64,000 bases of DNA, taken from contig DUMB01000094.1 of assembly GCA_012840085.1 (NCBI GenBank), positions 84,960 through 148,959 on the forward strand. The letters are read 5' to 3'. Of this stretch, positions 39,033 through 46,678 are shown one piece after another. Position 1 is the stretch's first letter, and each line of letters begins with the position of its first letter. The position numbers and the translations under genes are program-made. Below the pieces are notes generated by a model. It did not search any database, had not been told where the DNA came from, and was given only the letters and a program-made list of their open reading frames with translations. This stretch comes from Clostridiaceae bacterium. GTDB lineage: Bacteria; Bacillota; Clostridia; Acetivibrionales; DUMB01.

Positions 39033-39261
39033 TGTGTTAGCTCCAATAGTCCATAGGTTACTCCAGTAGTCCATGGGTTGTCCCGGTAGTTCATAGGTTG
39101 CTCCAATAGTCCATGGTTGCTCCGGGAATATTTAAAAATTGCAAACTTTAGTGGCTTCGCCTTTCGCACATCATATTCGCTTTACCTTTGGCGCACCATA
39201 TTGCCTTCGCCTTCCGCAATACTATGGTTTATAGGAATACCATGGCCTAAGAGCTAACACA
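39033..39261. repeat. Block of two tandem-repeat arrays bounded by perfect 11-bp inverted repeats
   Basis: TGTGTTAGCTC (39033-39043) versus GAGCTAACACA (39251-39261). Inside: 20-bp x 4.3 (ctccaatagtccataggtta-like, 39041-39126) and roughly 24-bp x 3 (cgcctttcgcacatcatatt-like, 39155-39227). Confidence 0.75.
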
Positions 39262-39343
39262 AACCTGCTTTCATCTGTGCTTCTGCTATAGTCTTGCTGT
39301 ATTCATTTGACCTCCTGTTTTTTTGCACATCTGTGGTCCGCAA

Positions 39344-39658
39344 CTAGATTTGCATTTCCAGAATATTTTCAAGGACAGGTACCAATTCGACAGGGGTTAC
39401 TGTATTTCTTGCCAGCATGTTTACAACATTTTTTGTTTCATCAAAATTGTATGAAAAATTGTATACTACATTCTCTTCATAGTGTCTGTTATCAATTGTT
39501 TTAGAAATTCCTATACCATACACTTTCCTTCCGTCCAGACCATCCCTGGAATCTGCTTCTCTTTCAAAAATATAGTACTCAAGGGTAATAGGGTTTTCTA
39601 AGAAAAAATGATTATTCTTGTCTAAAGTTATTTTATTCTCCAGACGTTTATAAAACAT
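39344..39658 (-). CDS. Small conserved-looking hypothetical protein (104 aa)
   Basis: RBS AAGGGGGA upstream of ATG 39658 (MFYKRLENK...). I tentatively recall similar small clostridial DUF proteins ending ..VTP..L..VLE..L but cannot name the family with confidence. Confidence 0.5.
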   Translation of the reverse strand: MFYKRLENKITLDKNNHFFLENPITLEYYIFEREADSRDGLDGRKVYGIGISKTIDNRHYEENVVYNFSYNFDETKNVVNMLARNTVTPVELVPVLENILEMQI

Positions 39659-39764
39659 TACTAGCAGTTCCCCCTTTTCTAAACTAATCTGACAAAACGT
39701 ACTATCATTATACAATATCTTACTTATTTTTACAATATTTCTATTTATTATTTTATTAGTAATT

Positions 39765-39804
39765 AATATAAATCAAAGGAACAGAAGCTAAATCCTGTTC
39801 CTTT
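39765..39804 (-). terminator. Rho-independent terminator after the serpin gene
   Basis: AAAGGAACAG (39776-39785) / CTGTTCCTTT (39795-39804). On the minus strand it is followed by GATTTATATT. Confidence 0.6.
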
Positions 39805-39845
39805 CGTTATTTCATTCCTTTCATCGTTTCAGATGCATTCGTACA

Positions 39846-41069
39846 TTAATTTACATCACACATTTTACCCATAAATAGAATCGAGCCGGTTTCATCATCT
39901 GCAATAACAAATAGGAAAGGCCTGTCTGCAATAAACTGCATAGGCTCCGGTGCAGCAGATTTTGTCATCTCGACTACAGTGACACCTGCAGCTTCACTTC
40001 CTTCTTCATTTACTTCTATTACAGCCTTGTGGATAACGCTGCTTATATATACACCTTCCCCTATGCCCGAAAAATCTGCCGAATTATTAAAAGCTTCCTC
40101 CATTCCAAGAGCTTTTAAGCTCTCATTCAGTTCCTTAATTCCATACTCCATTTTGAATTTAGGTATTTTTAGTATTACTTCTTCCATTTCCGATACGCTG
40201 TTTCTTATCACATTCCACTTTCCTGCATTCAGGCTTTTTATAAAATCGTCAATTTTTACTCCTTCATCCGGCAGTACACAGTACATTGCAATTTTGCCTT
40301 TTCCATAGGGGAGCCTTACAACTTTATTTCCTTCCACAGTGCCGAATTCCGCTTTCCCGTTTCTGTACATCATTTCTACGTCTTCTGAGCGGCCGTCTTC
40401 GGTATGGAACTTTGAAGTTTGAGTCATCTTAGGGTTGAATTTCTCTCTCCACTGACCTTTAAAATATATTGCGTTTATCAGGTACATTATAACGTCTGAA
40501 GGAATAGGAGGCTCGAGCATTTTATCTATTTTTCCCTTTGTTGCATTTGAAATCCATTTGTTTATCTTATCTGCGGAATCTGCCTTTGAAAAATCCAGCT
40601 CTTCAATATGAGCACTGAAAACCTTTTTATTGGTTGAAAGAAACTCCTGCTGAATTTCCTCACCTTCTTTAATCCATATGGAATTGGCAACATTGAGCCT
40701 TACATCCTTAATACTGTTAAGATATGCCGTCAGCCCCCTGAAGCTGGTGTTAAGGTCTTCCATTTCAATTCCTTCATACCTCAAGGCCTTTGCCATCCCA
40801 TCTTTTGTGGTTGTCCCGGCTCCGTTATAAGTCATTGCCAGGGCACTGGATATGCTCAACGGCGAAATAAATACGTTTTTCCCGGAATCTTCTTCGTTAA
40901 GCAATTTAAAAATATCAAATGCAAACTGCGTATTCCCTTCAATGATGCTTTTGTCAATCTTTTTTGTATCGTATGACGAGACGAGATTCTTTACATCCAT
41001 ATCACAGCCCGCAATAAGAGAAGCTGCTAAAACAACGCAAATAAAAAAACACAGCACCCTTTTTTTCAT
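39846..41069 (-). CDS. Serpin (serine protease inhibitor) lipoprotein
   Basis: Lipobox LIAGC after MKKRVLCFFICVVLAAS (RBS GGAGG). Hinge and reactive-centre loop NEEGSEAAGVTVVEMTKSAAPEP, followed by the serpin signature FIADRPFLFVIADDETGSILFMGK. Confidence 0.85.
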   Translation of the reverse strand: MKKRVLCFFICVVLAASLIAGCDMDVKNLVSSYDTKKIDKSIIEGNTQFAFDIFKLLNEEDSGKNVFISPLSISSALAMTYNGAGTTTKDGMAKALRYEGIEMEDLNTSFRGLTAYLNSIKDVRLNVANSIWIKEGEEIQQEFLSTNKKVFSAHIEELDFSKADSADKINKWISNATKGKIDKMLEPPIPSDVIMYLINAIYFKGQWREKFNPKMTQTSKFHTEDGRSEDVEMMYRNGKAEFGTVEGNKVVRLPYGKGKIAMYCVLPDEGVKIDDFIKSLNAGKWNVIRNSVSEMEEVILKIPKFKMEYGIKELNESLKALGMEEAFNNSADFSGIGEGVYISSVIHKAVIEVNEEGSEAAGVTVVEMTKSAAPEPMQFIADRPFLFVIADDETGSILFMGKMCDVN

Positions 41070-41185
41070 GGGGTAATACCTCCATTGTTTTGGTCTTAAT
41101 ATTCTTTTGACGAGTACCATGCTTTCCTAGTTCCGGCTTCTGGAAAATAAATAAAGGAAACGGGCAATAAACAAATATAGACAGT

Positions 41186-41405
41186 ATGAACAGTTCTTCT
41201 GTCCAAGATATCATAGAAACAGTTCCAGACTGCAGGATCACACAAAGACAATTTTAGAAGGCAGGACCTCATAGAGACCGTTGCAGAGAGTAGATCTCGC
41301 AGAGACCGTTCCAGAAAACAGAAACGGTTCTATTGTCCAGGATTTCAGACAATAGAACCGTCCCTCAGTCTGCCTCTGTCTGAGACAACGGAACCGTCCC
41401 CGCGT
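41186..41405. repeat. Array of about 7 degenerate copies of a quasi-palindromic GRGAAC-N-GTYCYC-type motif
   Basis: gaacagttc 41188, gaaacagttcc 41216, gagaccgttgc 41274, gagaccgttcc 41302, gaaacggttct 41321, agaaccgtccc 41354, ggaaccgtcccc 41390. Confidence 0.65.
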
Positions 41406-44400
41406 CTACCATCTGTCTATGACCCTGTGTATCATCACTGCTGCCTCAGCTCTTGTAGCCTTGTCCTTAGGAGCGAGCATATTCCCTGATTTTCCGTTTA
41501 TTACACCTTCACCGTGAAGCGATGCAACGCTTGCAATTGCATAAGGCGATATCAGGTTCTTGTCATGGAACTTTTCAAGCACTGAATTACTGTGTCCATT
41601 AAACGGCTTGCCAACAGCTTTCCCCGCTCTTACCAAAATCACCGCAATATCCTCTCTTGTTATGGGCTCATCAGGATAGAATCTGTTGCTGCTGTCACCT
41701 GTTGTAATTCCCATGGCTTTTGCCGACATCAGCTCATTGTAATACCATTTCCCCGGCTTAACATCAACAAATGAATCCGCCGGTGTGGTTTGCAACCCCA
41801 GTGCTCTGACAATAATACAGACAAATTCCGCTCTTGTTATTGTGTCATTGGGTTTAAAATTGTTATCACCTTTTCCGTTAATCACGCCTCTGCTGGCAAG
41901 GTCTTCTATTGCTTCCACTGCCCAGGGAACACTATTAATATCTTTAAAGGTAACTGCACTTTTAGTGTAAGTGTTTGCAAGAGAAGCAGATGATGTCCCG
42001 CTTTTGTTATAAGCCTTCACTCTGTAATAATACCTGGTGCCGGGATTGAGTCCTGTATCAGTGTAAGTTGTAACATCAGCGTCAACATATGCTATTACTT
42101 TATAATTTTGTGAACCTCCTCCCATGCGCTCTACTATAAAGCCCTGTTCATTTGTAGAATTGTCAGTCCACACCAGCTTTATCCGGGATGAGGATTCGGC
42201 TTTAAGTTCCAGGTTCGAAGGAGATTTTGGAATTCCGGTGGATACCTCAATTTCATTGCTGTATGAATCACTGTTATATTTATAGCTATAAGCTTTTATC
42301 CTGAAAAAGTACTGCGTATAGGCATTCAAACCTGAAAGTGTGTATGAAGTTGTGTTAGCCTTTAATGTTGAAATCTCAGTCCAGGTTCCGTCAGCTCCAA
42401 TCTTTCTTTCAACAACGAAACCTGTTTCATCATTTGAATTATCTTTCCACGTCAAGGTTATCTTTGTGTCGGAAATAACTTCGTATTTCAGGTTTGAAGG
42501 AGCGTTTAGAATGCCAATTCCAATGCTTGACGTATTTGAGTACGCTGAATATACATCTCCGACTGAATACGCCCTTACCCTGTAGTTATATTGAATTCCA
42601 GGCTGCACATTGGTATCTTTGTAACTCTGCGCATTCTGTCCAACAGTTGCATAAAGGCTCCAATCTGCGTAGTCGGAGGTACCTACACTTCTCCATATTT
42701 CAAAACCTGTTTCATCTATTGCGTTGTCTATCCACTTCAATTCTATAACACCGTCTCCAACAGTTGATGTAGTAAGATTAGACGGCGCATCCAAATACGA
42801 ATTGGCTATAGTAAGCTCATTTGAATAGGCCGACTCGTTTGTTGCACTTTTTGCCAATACTCTGTATGTATACTGTGCATTAGGCACCAAATTTTTATCC
42901 TGCCAGGATCTTGTTCCGGAAGTAATGGTGGCGACTGAGGAAAAATTACCGCTTGCACTTTTTCTTTCAATAACATATTCCGTTACATTATCTATTCCTG
43001 TCCAAAACAGATTTATTTCGTTGAATGCCGAAGCAAAGCCATAAAGCGTAATTGTACCAAGCTTTGTATAAGCCCCTATTCCGGTATCATTATCAGGATA
43101 AGGCTTTGAATACACATTCGAATTACTTGGTGATACCGCCCTTACTCTATAGAAATACTGTGTGTTTGGCGAAAGCCCGCTGTCAACATATCTTGTAACA
43201 TTTGATGAAAGGGAGGTTGAAGTAATTATGGCCCATACACCGTCAACACCTTTTTTCCTTTCAATAACAGTCCTTACGCTTATGTTTTCAGGATAACCCC
43301 AATTCAACTCAAGTTCCGTTGAAGATTTGGCTGTCACTTCAAGGAAATTAGGAGCTGTAATTGCTTCAGTAGTTGTCGAAACTTCATTGGTATATGCTGA
43401 GTCCCCTATGGGATTAAATGCGCAAACTCTGTAACTGTATGTATGCCCGGAGTAAATATTGTCCTCATCCAGGTATGTTGTTTTATCAGAATCCACCGTT
43501 GCAAGCTGAACATAGGCTCCATTGTCAATTTTTCTTTCAATACGGAATGAAAACTCCTGATCCGACGGCGCATTATTCTTCCAATTCAACCTTATTGACG
43601 ATGATTCTACAGTAAGGCTGAGCATTGACGGCGCAGCCGGAGGAACTGTTTTTATTGAGCACTCACTGCTTATTTCCATATTGTTTTCATTTTCATATGC
43701 CACCAGCCTGTAATAATAAGTGGTGTTATGTACCAGTTCAAACGTATCTCTATAGCTTGTGGCTGAACCGCTTAACTCTGCTACAGTGCTGTAACCTGAA
43801 TCCCCGTATTTCTTCCTTTGAAGCAACAGCCTGCTTGGATTATTTATGTTATTATCCCACGATATGTCAATACTGTTTGTTCCGGTAATTTTACATGACA
43901 AATTAGTTGGAGCTCCAGGCTTGTTTACAGTCCCGGTATCCATATATCCTTCAAAACTGCTTTCCGCTTTTGCATTCAGCCTGTACCTGTATGTTCCCGC
44001 CTCAGGCAATGTATCAGTAGTACTGCTGGTACCCGCTTGCAGCTGCGGCTTTATAACCTGCCATTGTCCCCATGATCCGGATGAAGTACTGAATTTCGAT
44101 CTCTCCAGCTGGAAGCTGGAAATATATGCATAAGAACCCCATGAAATTGTCGCTTTTCCATCGGTTACCGAAGCATTAACGGATACAGAAGGAGCAATGA
44201 TAACAGATGCAGCCTCCGATGGCCTGGAAGCAATATTGTTCAGGCTGTTTTTTGAAACAACTTCGCATTTTACGGGTGTATCATAAGGTATATTATTTAC
44301 ATCAATTGAATAACTGGTTGCTGTACCATCTACCTGATATATATCTGTGTTCCCGGCATATGTGATTCTGATTTCACTGGCGTTCACTGCCTTCGAATTG

Positions 44401-44900
44401 TTATTCCATCTGAGATTAATTTTTCTGTCATTCACATTATATTTGGCAGAAACAATAGAGGGTTTTTTCATTTCCTCAGTAGTAACTGAGCCGGTACACG
44501 ATTCCAGGGCATTATTGTCATTCAAATCCTGGATACTTTTGTACGCGTCTAATCTGTATAAATATGTGGTCCCGGGCAACAGACCGCCAGGATTAGTTCC
44601 ATCTCCCTCAGGCCCTTTATCTGTATAGCTTGTATAATTCGGACTGGTATTAACATCTATAAACGCAATCTGTTCTTCATTTCCATCCAGAATTCTGGTG
44701 ATTGTATAATACTTTGCACCGTTCACATGGCTCCACTGCAAGCTGACTTCGGTATCTCCATTTGGCTTGGCAGGCTTTGCAGTAAGAGTCATTGCAGCAT
44801 TTACCGGCAGCTGATGACAAAAAACATTTATCAAAATAATCATTATTACCAGGATCCTGGAACACAATTTCTTACTGTTACTATAAAATCTATACCTCAT
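41406..44900 (-). CDS. Secreted surface protein with about 10 tandem FN3 modules and 3 C-terminal SLH repeats (1164 aa)
   Basis: Signal peptide. Modules end in YLYRLDAY, YRYRLNAKA, YYYRLVAYE, YSYRVCAFN, YFYRVRAVS, YTYRVLAKS, YNYRVRAYS, YFFRIKAYS, YYYRVKAYN. SLH: FKDINSVPWAVEAIEDLASRGVINGKGDNNFKPNDTITRAEF. Confidence 0.85.
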   Translation of the reverse strand: MRYRFYSNSKKLCSRILVIMIILINVFCHQLPVNAAMTLTAKPAKPNGDTEVSLQWSHVNGAKYYTITRILDGNEEQIAFIDVNTSPNYTSYTDKGPEGDGTNPGGLLPGTTYLYRLDAYKSIQDLNDNNALESCTGSVTTEEMKKPSIVSAKYNVNDRKINLRWNNNSKAVNASEIRITYAGNTDIYQVDGTATSYSIDVNNIPYDTPVKCEVVSKNSLNNIASRPSEAASVIIAPSVSVNASVTDGKATISWGSYAYISSFQLERSKFSTSSGSWGQWQVIKPQLQAGTSSTTDTLPEAGTYRYRLNAKAESSFEGYMDTGTVNKPGAPTNLSCKITGTNSIDISWDNNINNPSRLLLQRKKYGDSGYSTVAELSGSATSYRDTFELVHNTTYYYRLVAYENENNMEISSECSIKTVPPAAPSMLSLTVESSSIRLNWKNNAPSDQEFSFRIERKIDNGAYVQLATVDSDKTTYLDEDNIYSGHTYSYRVCAFNPIGDSAYTNEVSTTTEAITAPNFLEVTAKSSTELELNWGYPENISVRTVIERKKGVDGVWAIITSTSLSSNVTRYVDSGLSPNTQYFYRVRAVSPSNSNVYSKPYPDNDTGIGAYTKLGTITLYGFASAFNEINLFWTGIDNVTEYVIERKSASGNFSSVATITSGTRSWQDKNLVPNAQYTYRVLAKSATNESAYSNELTIANSYLDAPSNLTTSTVGDGVIELKWIDNAIDETGFEIWRSVGTSDYADWSLYATVGQNAQSYKDTNVQPGIQYNYRVRAYSVGDVYSAYSNTSSIGIGILNAPSNLKYEVISDTKITLTWKDNSNDETGFVVERKIGADGTWTEISTLKANTTSYTLSGLNAYTQYFFRIKAYSYKYNSDSYSNEIEVSTGIPKSPSNLELKAESSSRIKLVWTDNSTNEQGFIVERMGGGSQNYKVIAYVDADVTTYTDTGLNPGTRYYYRVKAYNKSGTSSASLANTYTKSAVTFKDINSVPWAVEAIEDLASRGVINGKGDNNFKPNDTITRAEFVCIIVRALGLQTTPADSFVDVKPGKWYYNELMSAKAMGITTGDSSNRFYPDEPITREDIAVILVRAGKAVGKPFNGHSNSVLEKFHDKNLISPYAIASVASLHGEGVINGKSGNMLAPKDKATRAEAAVMIHRVIDRW

Positions 44901-45029
44901 TTGCTATCCCCCATAAAAGCTTAAAGTTTTCGCCGTTACTTTATTGCGATAATCACACTTCTTAAAATGTATCGGCAGAAAGCCTTAAAATTTGAATACT
45001 CTGTAGTAAAAAATGGTTGAAAAATACTC

Positions 45030-45058
45030 TTGAAATCTCCGGAATAATTTAGTATACT
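45030..45058 (+). promoter_or_regulatory. Sigma-A-type promoter for tRNA-Arg
   Basis: TTGAAA (45030-45035), 17-nt spacer, TATACT (45053-45058), 20 nt upstream of the tRNA 5' end. Confidence 0.55.
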
Positions 45059-45078
45059 ATAAGTCGCTGGTTTTGTAT

Positions 45079-45155
45079 GCGCCTGTAGCTCAGCAGGATA
45101 GAGCGTCGGTTTCCTAAACCGCAGGTCGGGGGTTCGAATCCCTTCGGGCGCACCA
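45079..45155 (+). tRNA. tRNA-Arg (anticodon CCU), CCA encoded
   Basis: Manual cloverleaf: acceptor GCGCCTG/CGGGCGC, D-arm GCTCAGCAGGATAGAGC, anticodon loop TTCCTAA, T-arm GGGGGTTCGAATCCC, discriminator A then CCA. Confidence 0.9.
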
Positions 45156-45166
45156 GAGTTTGTGTG

Positions 45167-45196
45167 AAAACCCTTGAAAAATCAAGGGTTTTTTTC
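45167..45196. terminator. Terminator hairpin after tRNA-Arg (overlaps the 3' end of the convergent GtrA-like gene)
   Basis: CCCTTGA aaaa TCAAGGG flanked by AAAA and TTTTTTT. Confidence 0.7.
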
Positions 45197-45625
45197 ATTT
45201 TTAAAAACCCACATTTTATATCCCAGATAATTTATTGCCTGGGATATTATTATAACTGCTATTTTAGAGACCATATCATTAAGATGCAGTATATCAATGT
45301 ACAAATGCAGGAAAACAACCGTCGCTGCCAGAGAAAACAGGTTTATTGCCACAAACTTTACAAACCGTCCCGGAATGGTGTTTGTGTGTTCTACATCTCC
45401 AAATGTCAGCCTATTGTTCAACAAAAAACTGTTTATAATTCCGCAGGAATATGATACCGCCTGACTTATTCCGTAATGAAATTCAAAGGCTTTTGTCATC
45501 AGCATGTAAATCCCGAAATCCACAGAAGTATTTATAAGCCCTATTGTACAAAAGGTGAAAAAACGCTTGATTTCTTGCATTTTCTTAACTTCTTGCAATT
45601 TAGAAAATTTTTCGCTTTTATCCAT
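45182..45625 (-). CDS. GtrA-family membrane protein (putative polyprenyl-phosphate-sugar flippase)
   Basis: 4-TM small protein with FFTFCTIGLINTSVDFGIYML...GIINSFLLNNRLTF, typical of the GtrA family. It overlaps the upstream GT2 gene by 8 nt. An alternative start lies at 45580. Confidence 0.8.
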   Translation of the reverse strand: MDKSEKFSKLQEVKKMQEIKRFFTFCTIGLINTSVDFGIYMLMTKAFEFHYGISQAVSYSCGIINSFLLNNRLTFGDVEHTNTIPGRFVKFVAINLFSLAATVVFLHLYIDILHLNDMVSKIAVIIISQAINYLGYKMWVFKNEKNP

Positions 45626-46583
45626 GAGGCTTGTTCCCTTCTTCTTCGAAACCTATTTTTTCATCCAGAACATACAACGGCCTGCCCTTGGCTTCATCAT
45701 ATATACGGCCTATGTACTCTCCCAATGTGCCCAGCATTAACAAAATAACTCCGTTGACAAAAAGGACAATCACAGCAAGTATGATCCATCCCGGAACCAT
45801 GTTATCCGTAAACAGCATTCTATATATGATAACCACGAAATATATGAAACTGGATAAAGATATGAAAAAGCCCAAATATCCGGATATTTTTAAAGGCTTA
45901 TGGGAAAATGCAGTTATTCCGTCAAAGGCAAATTTCAGCATCTTTTTAAATGAATATTTCGTCTCTCCTGCAAACCTTTCCTTTCTCACGAACTTTACAC
46001 TGGTTTGCCTGAATCCAAGCCAGCTTATAAGTCCGCGGACGTAACGGTTTCTCTCCGGCAGTTTGTTCAGCGCATCGCAAACTTTCCGGTCTATTAGCCT
46101 GAAGTCTCCTGCATCTACAGGCATGTCAACATCAGACATATATTTTAACACCCTGTAATAGATTTTGGCTGTTGCTCTTTTAAAAAAACTCTCTCCCTGC
46201 CTTTCCACCCTTTGCCCATATATTACATCAAAGCCCTCTTTCCATTTCTTAATCATTTCTAAAATTACTTCAGGAGGGTCTTGAAGATCCGCATCTATAA
46301 CAATAATTGCCTGCCCGCAGGCGAATTCCATACCCGCAGTTATAGCAGCCTGATGGCCGAAATTCCTGGAGAAACTCACCAGTCTTACATTTTTATTCTC
46401 TTTGCAAATTTGCTTTGATATTTCCAGTGTCCTGTCGTAGCTGCCGTCGTTCACAAGAATGATTTCATATGGTTCACCGGTACTGTCCATTACTTTCTTT
46501 AATACTCTATAGGTTTCATTTATTACAAGTTCCTCATTATAAAGCGGTACTACGACAGAATAAACGCATTTCTTTTCTTGCAT
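45618..46583 (-). CDS. GT2 polyprenyl-phosphate glycosyltransferase (GtrB/CsbB/DPM1-like)
   Basis: VVVPLYNEE...ILVNDGS.D.T...IVIDADLQDPP...GDFRLIDRKV plus two C-terminal TM helices. Confidence 0.85.
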   Translation of the reverse strand: MQEKKCVYSVVVPLYNEELVINETYRVLKKVMDSTGEPYEIILVNDGSYDRTLEISKQICKENKNVRLVSFSRNFGHQAAITAGMEFACGQAIIVIDADLQDPPEVILEMIKKWKEGFDVIYGQRVERQGESFFKRATAKIYYRVLKYMSDVDMPVDAGDFRLIDRKVCDALNKLPERNRYVRGLISWLGFRQTSVKFVRKERFAGETKYSFKKMLKFAFDGITAFSHKPLKISGYLGFFISLSSFIYFVVIIYRMLFTDNMVPGWIILAVIVLFVNGVILLMLGTLGEYIGRIYDEAKGRPLYVLDEKIGFEEEGNKPHG

Positions 46584-46678
46584 GCAAATCCTCCCACAGG
46601 AAACGAAAAAATGTCCGTTATCAGGTATTATTTGCTTTCCGGCTGTTTTTATTAATTGCCTTATCTACTGCCGTATAT

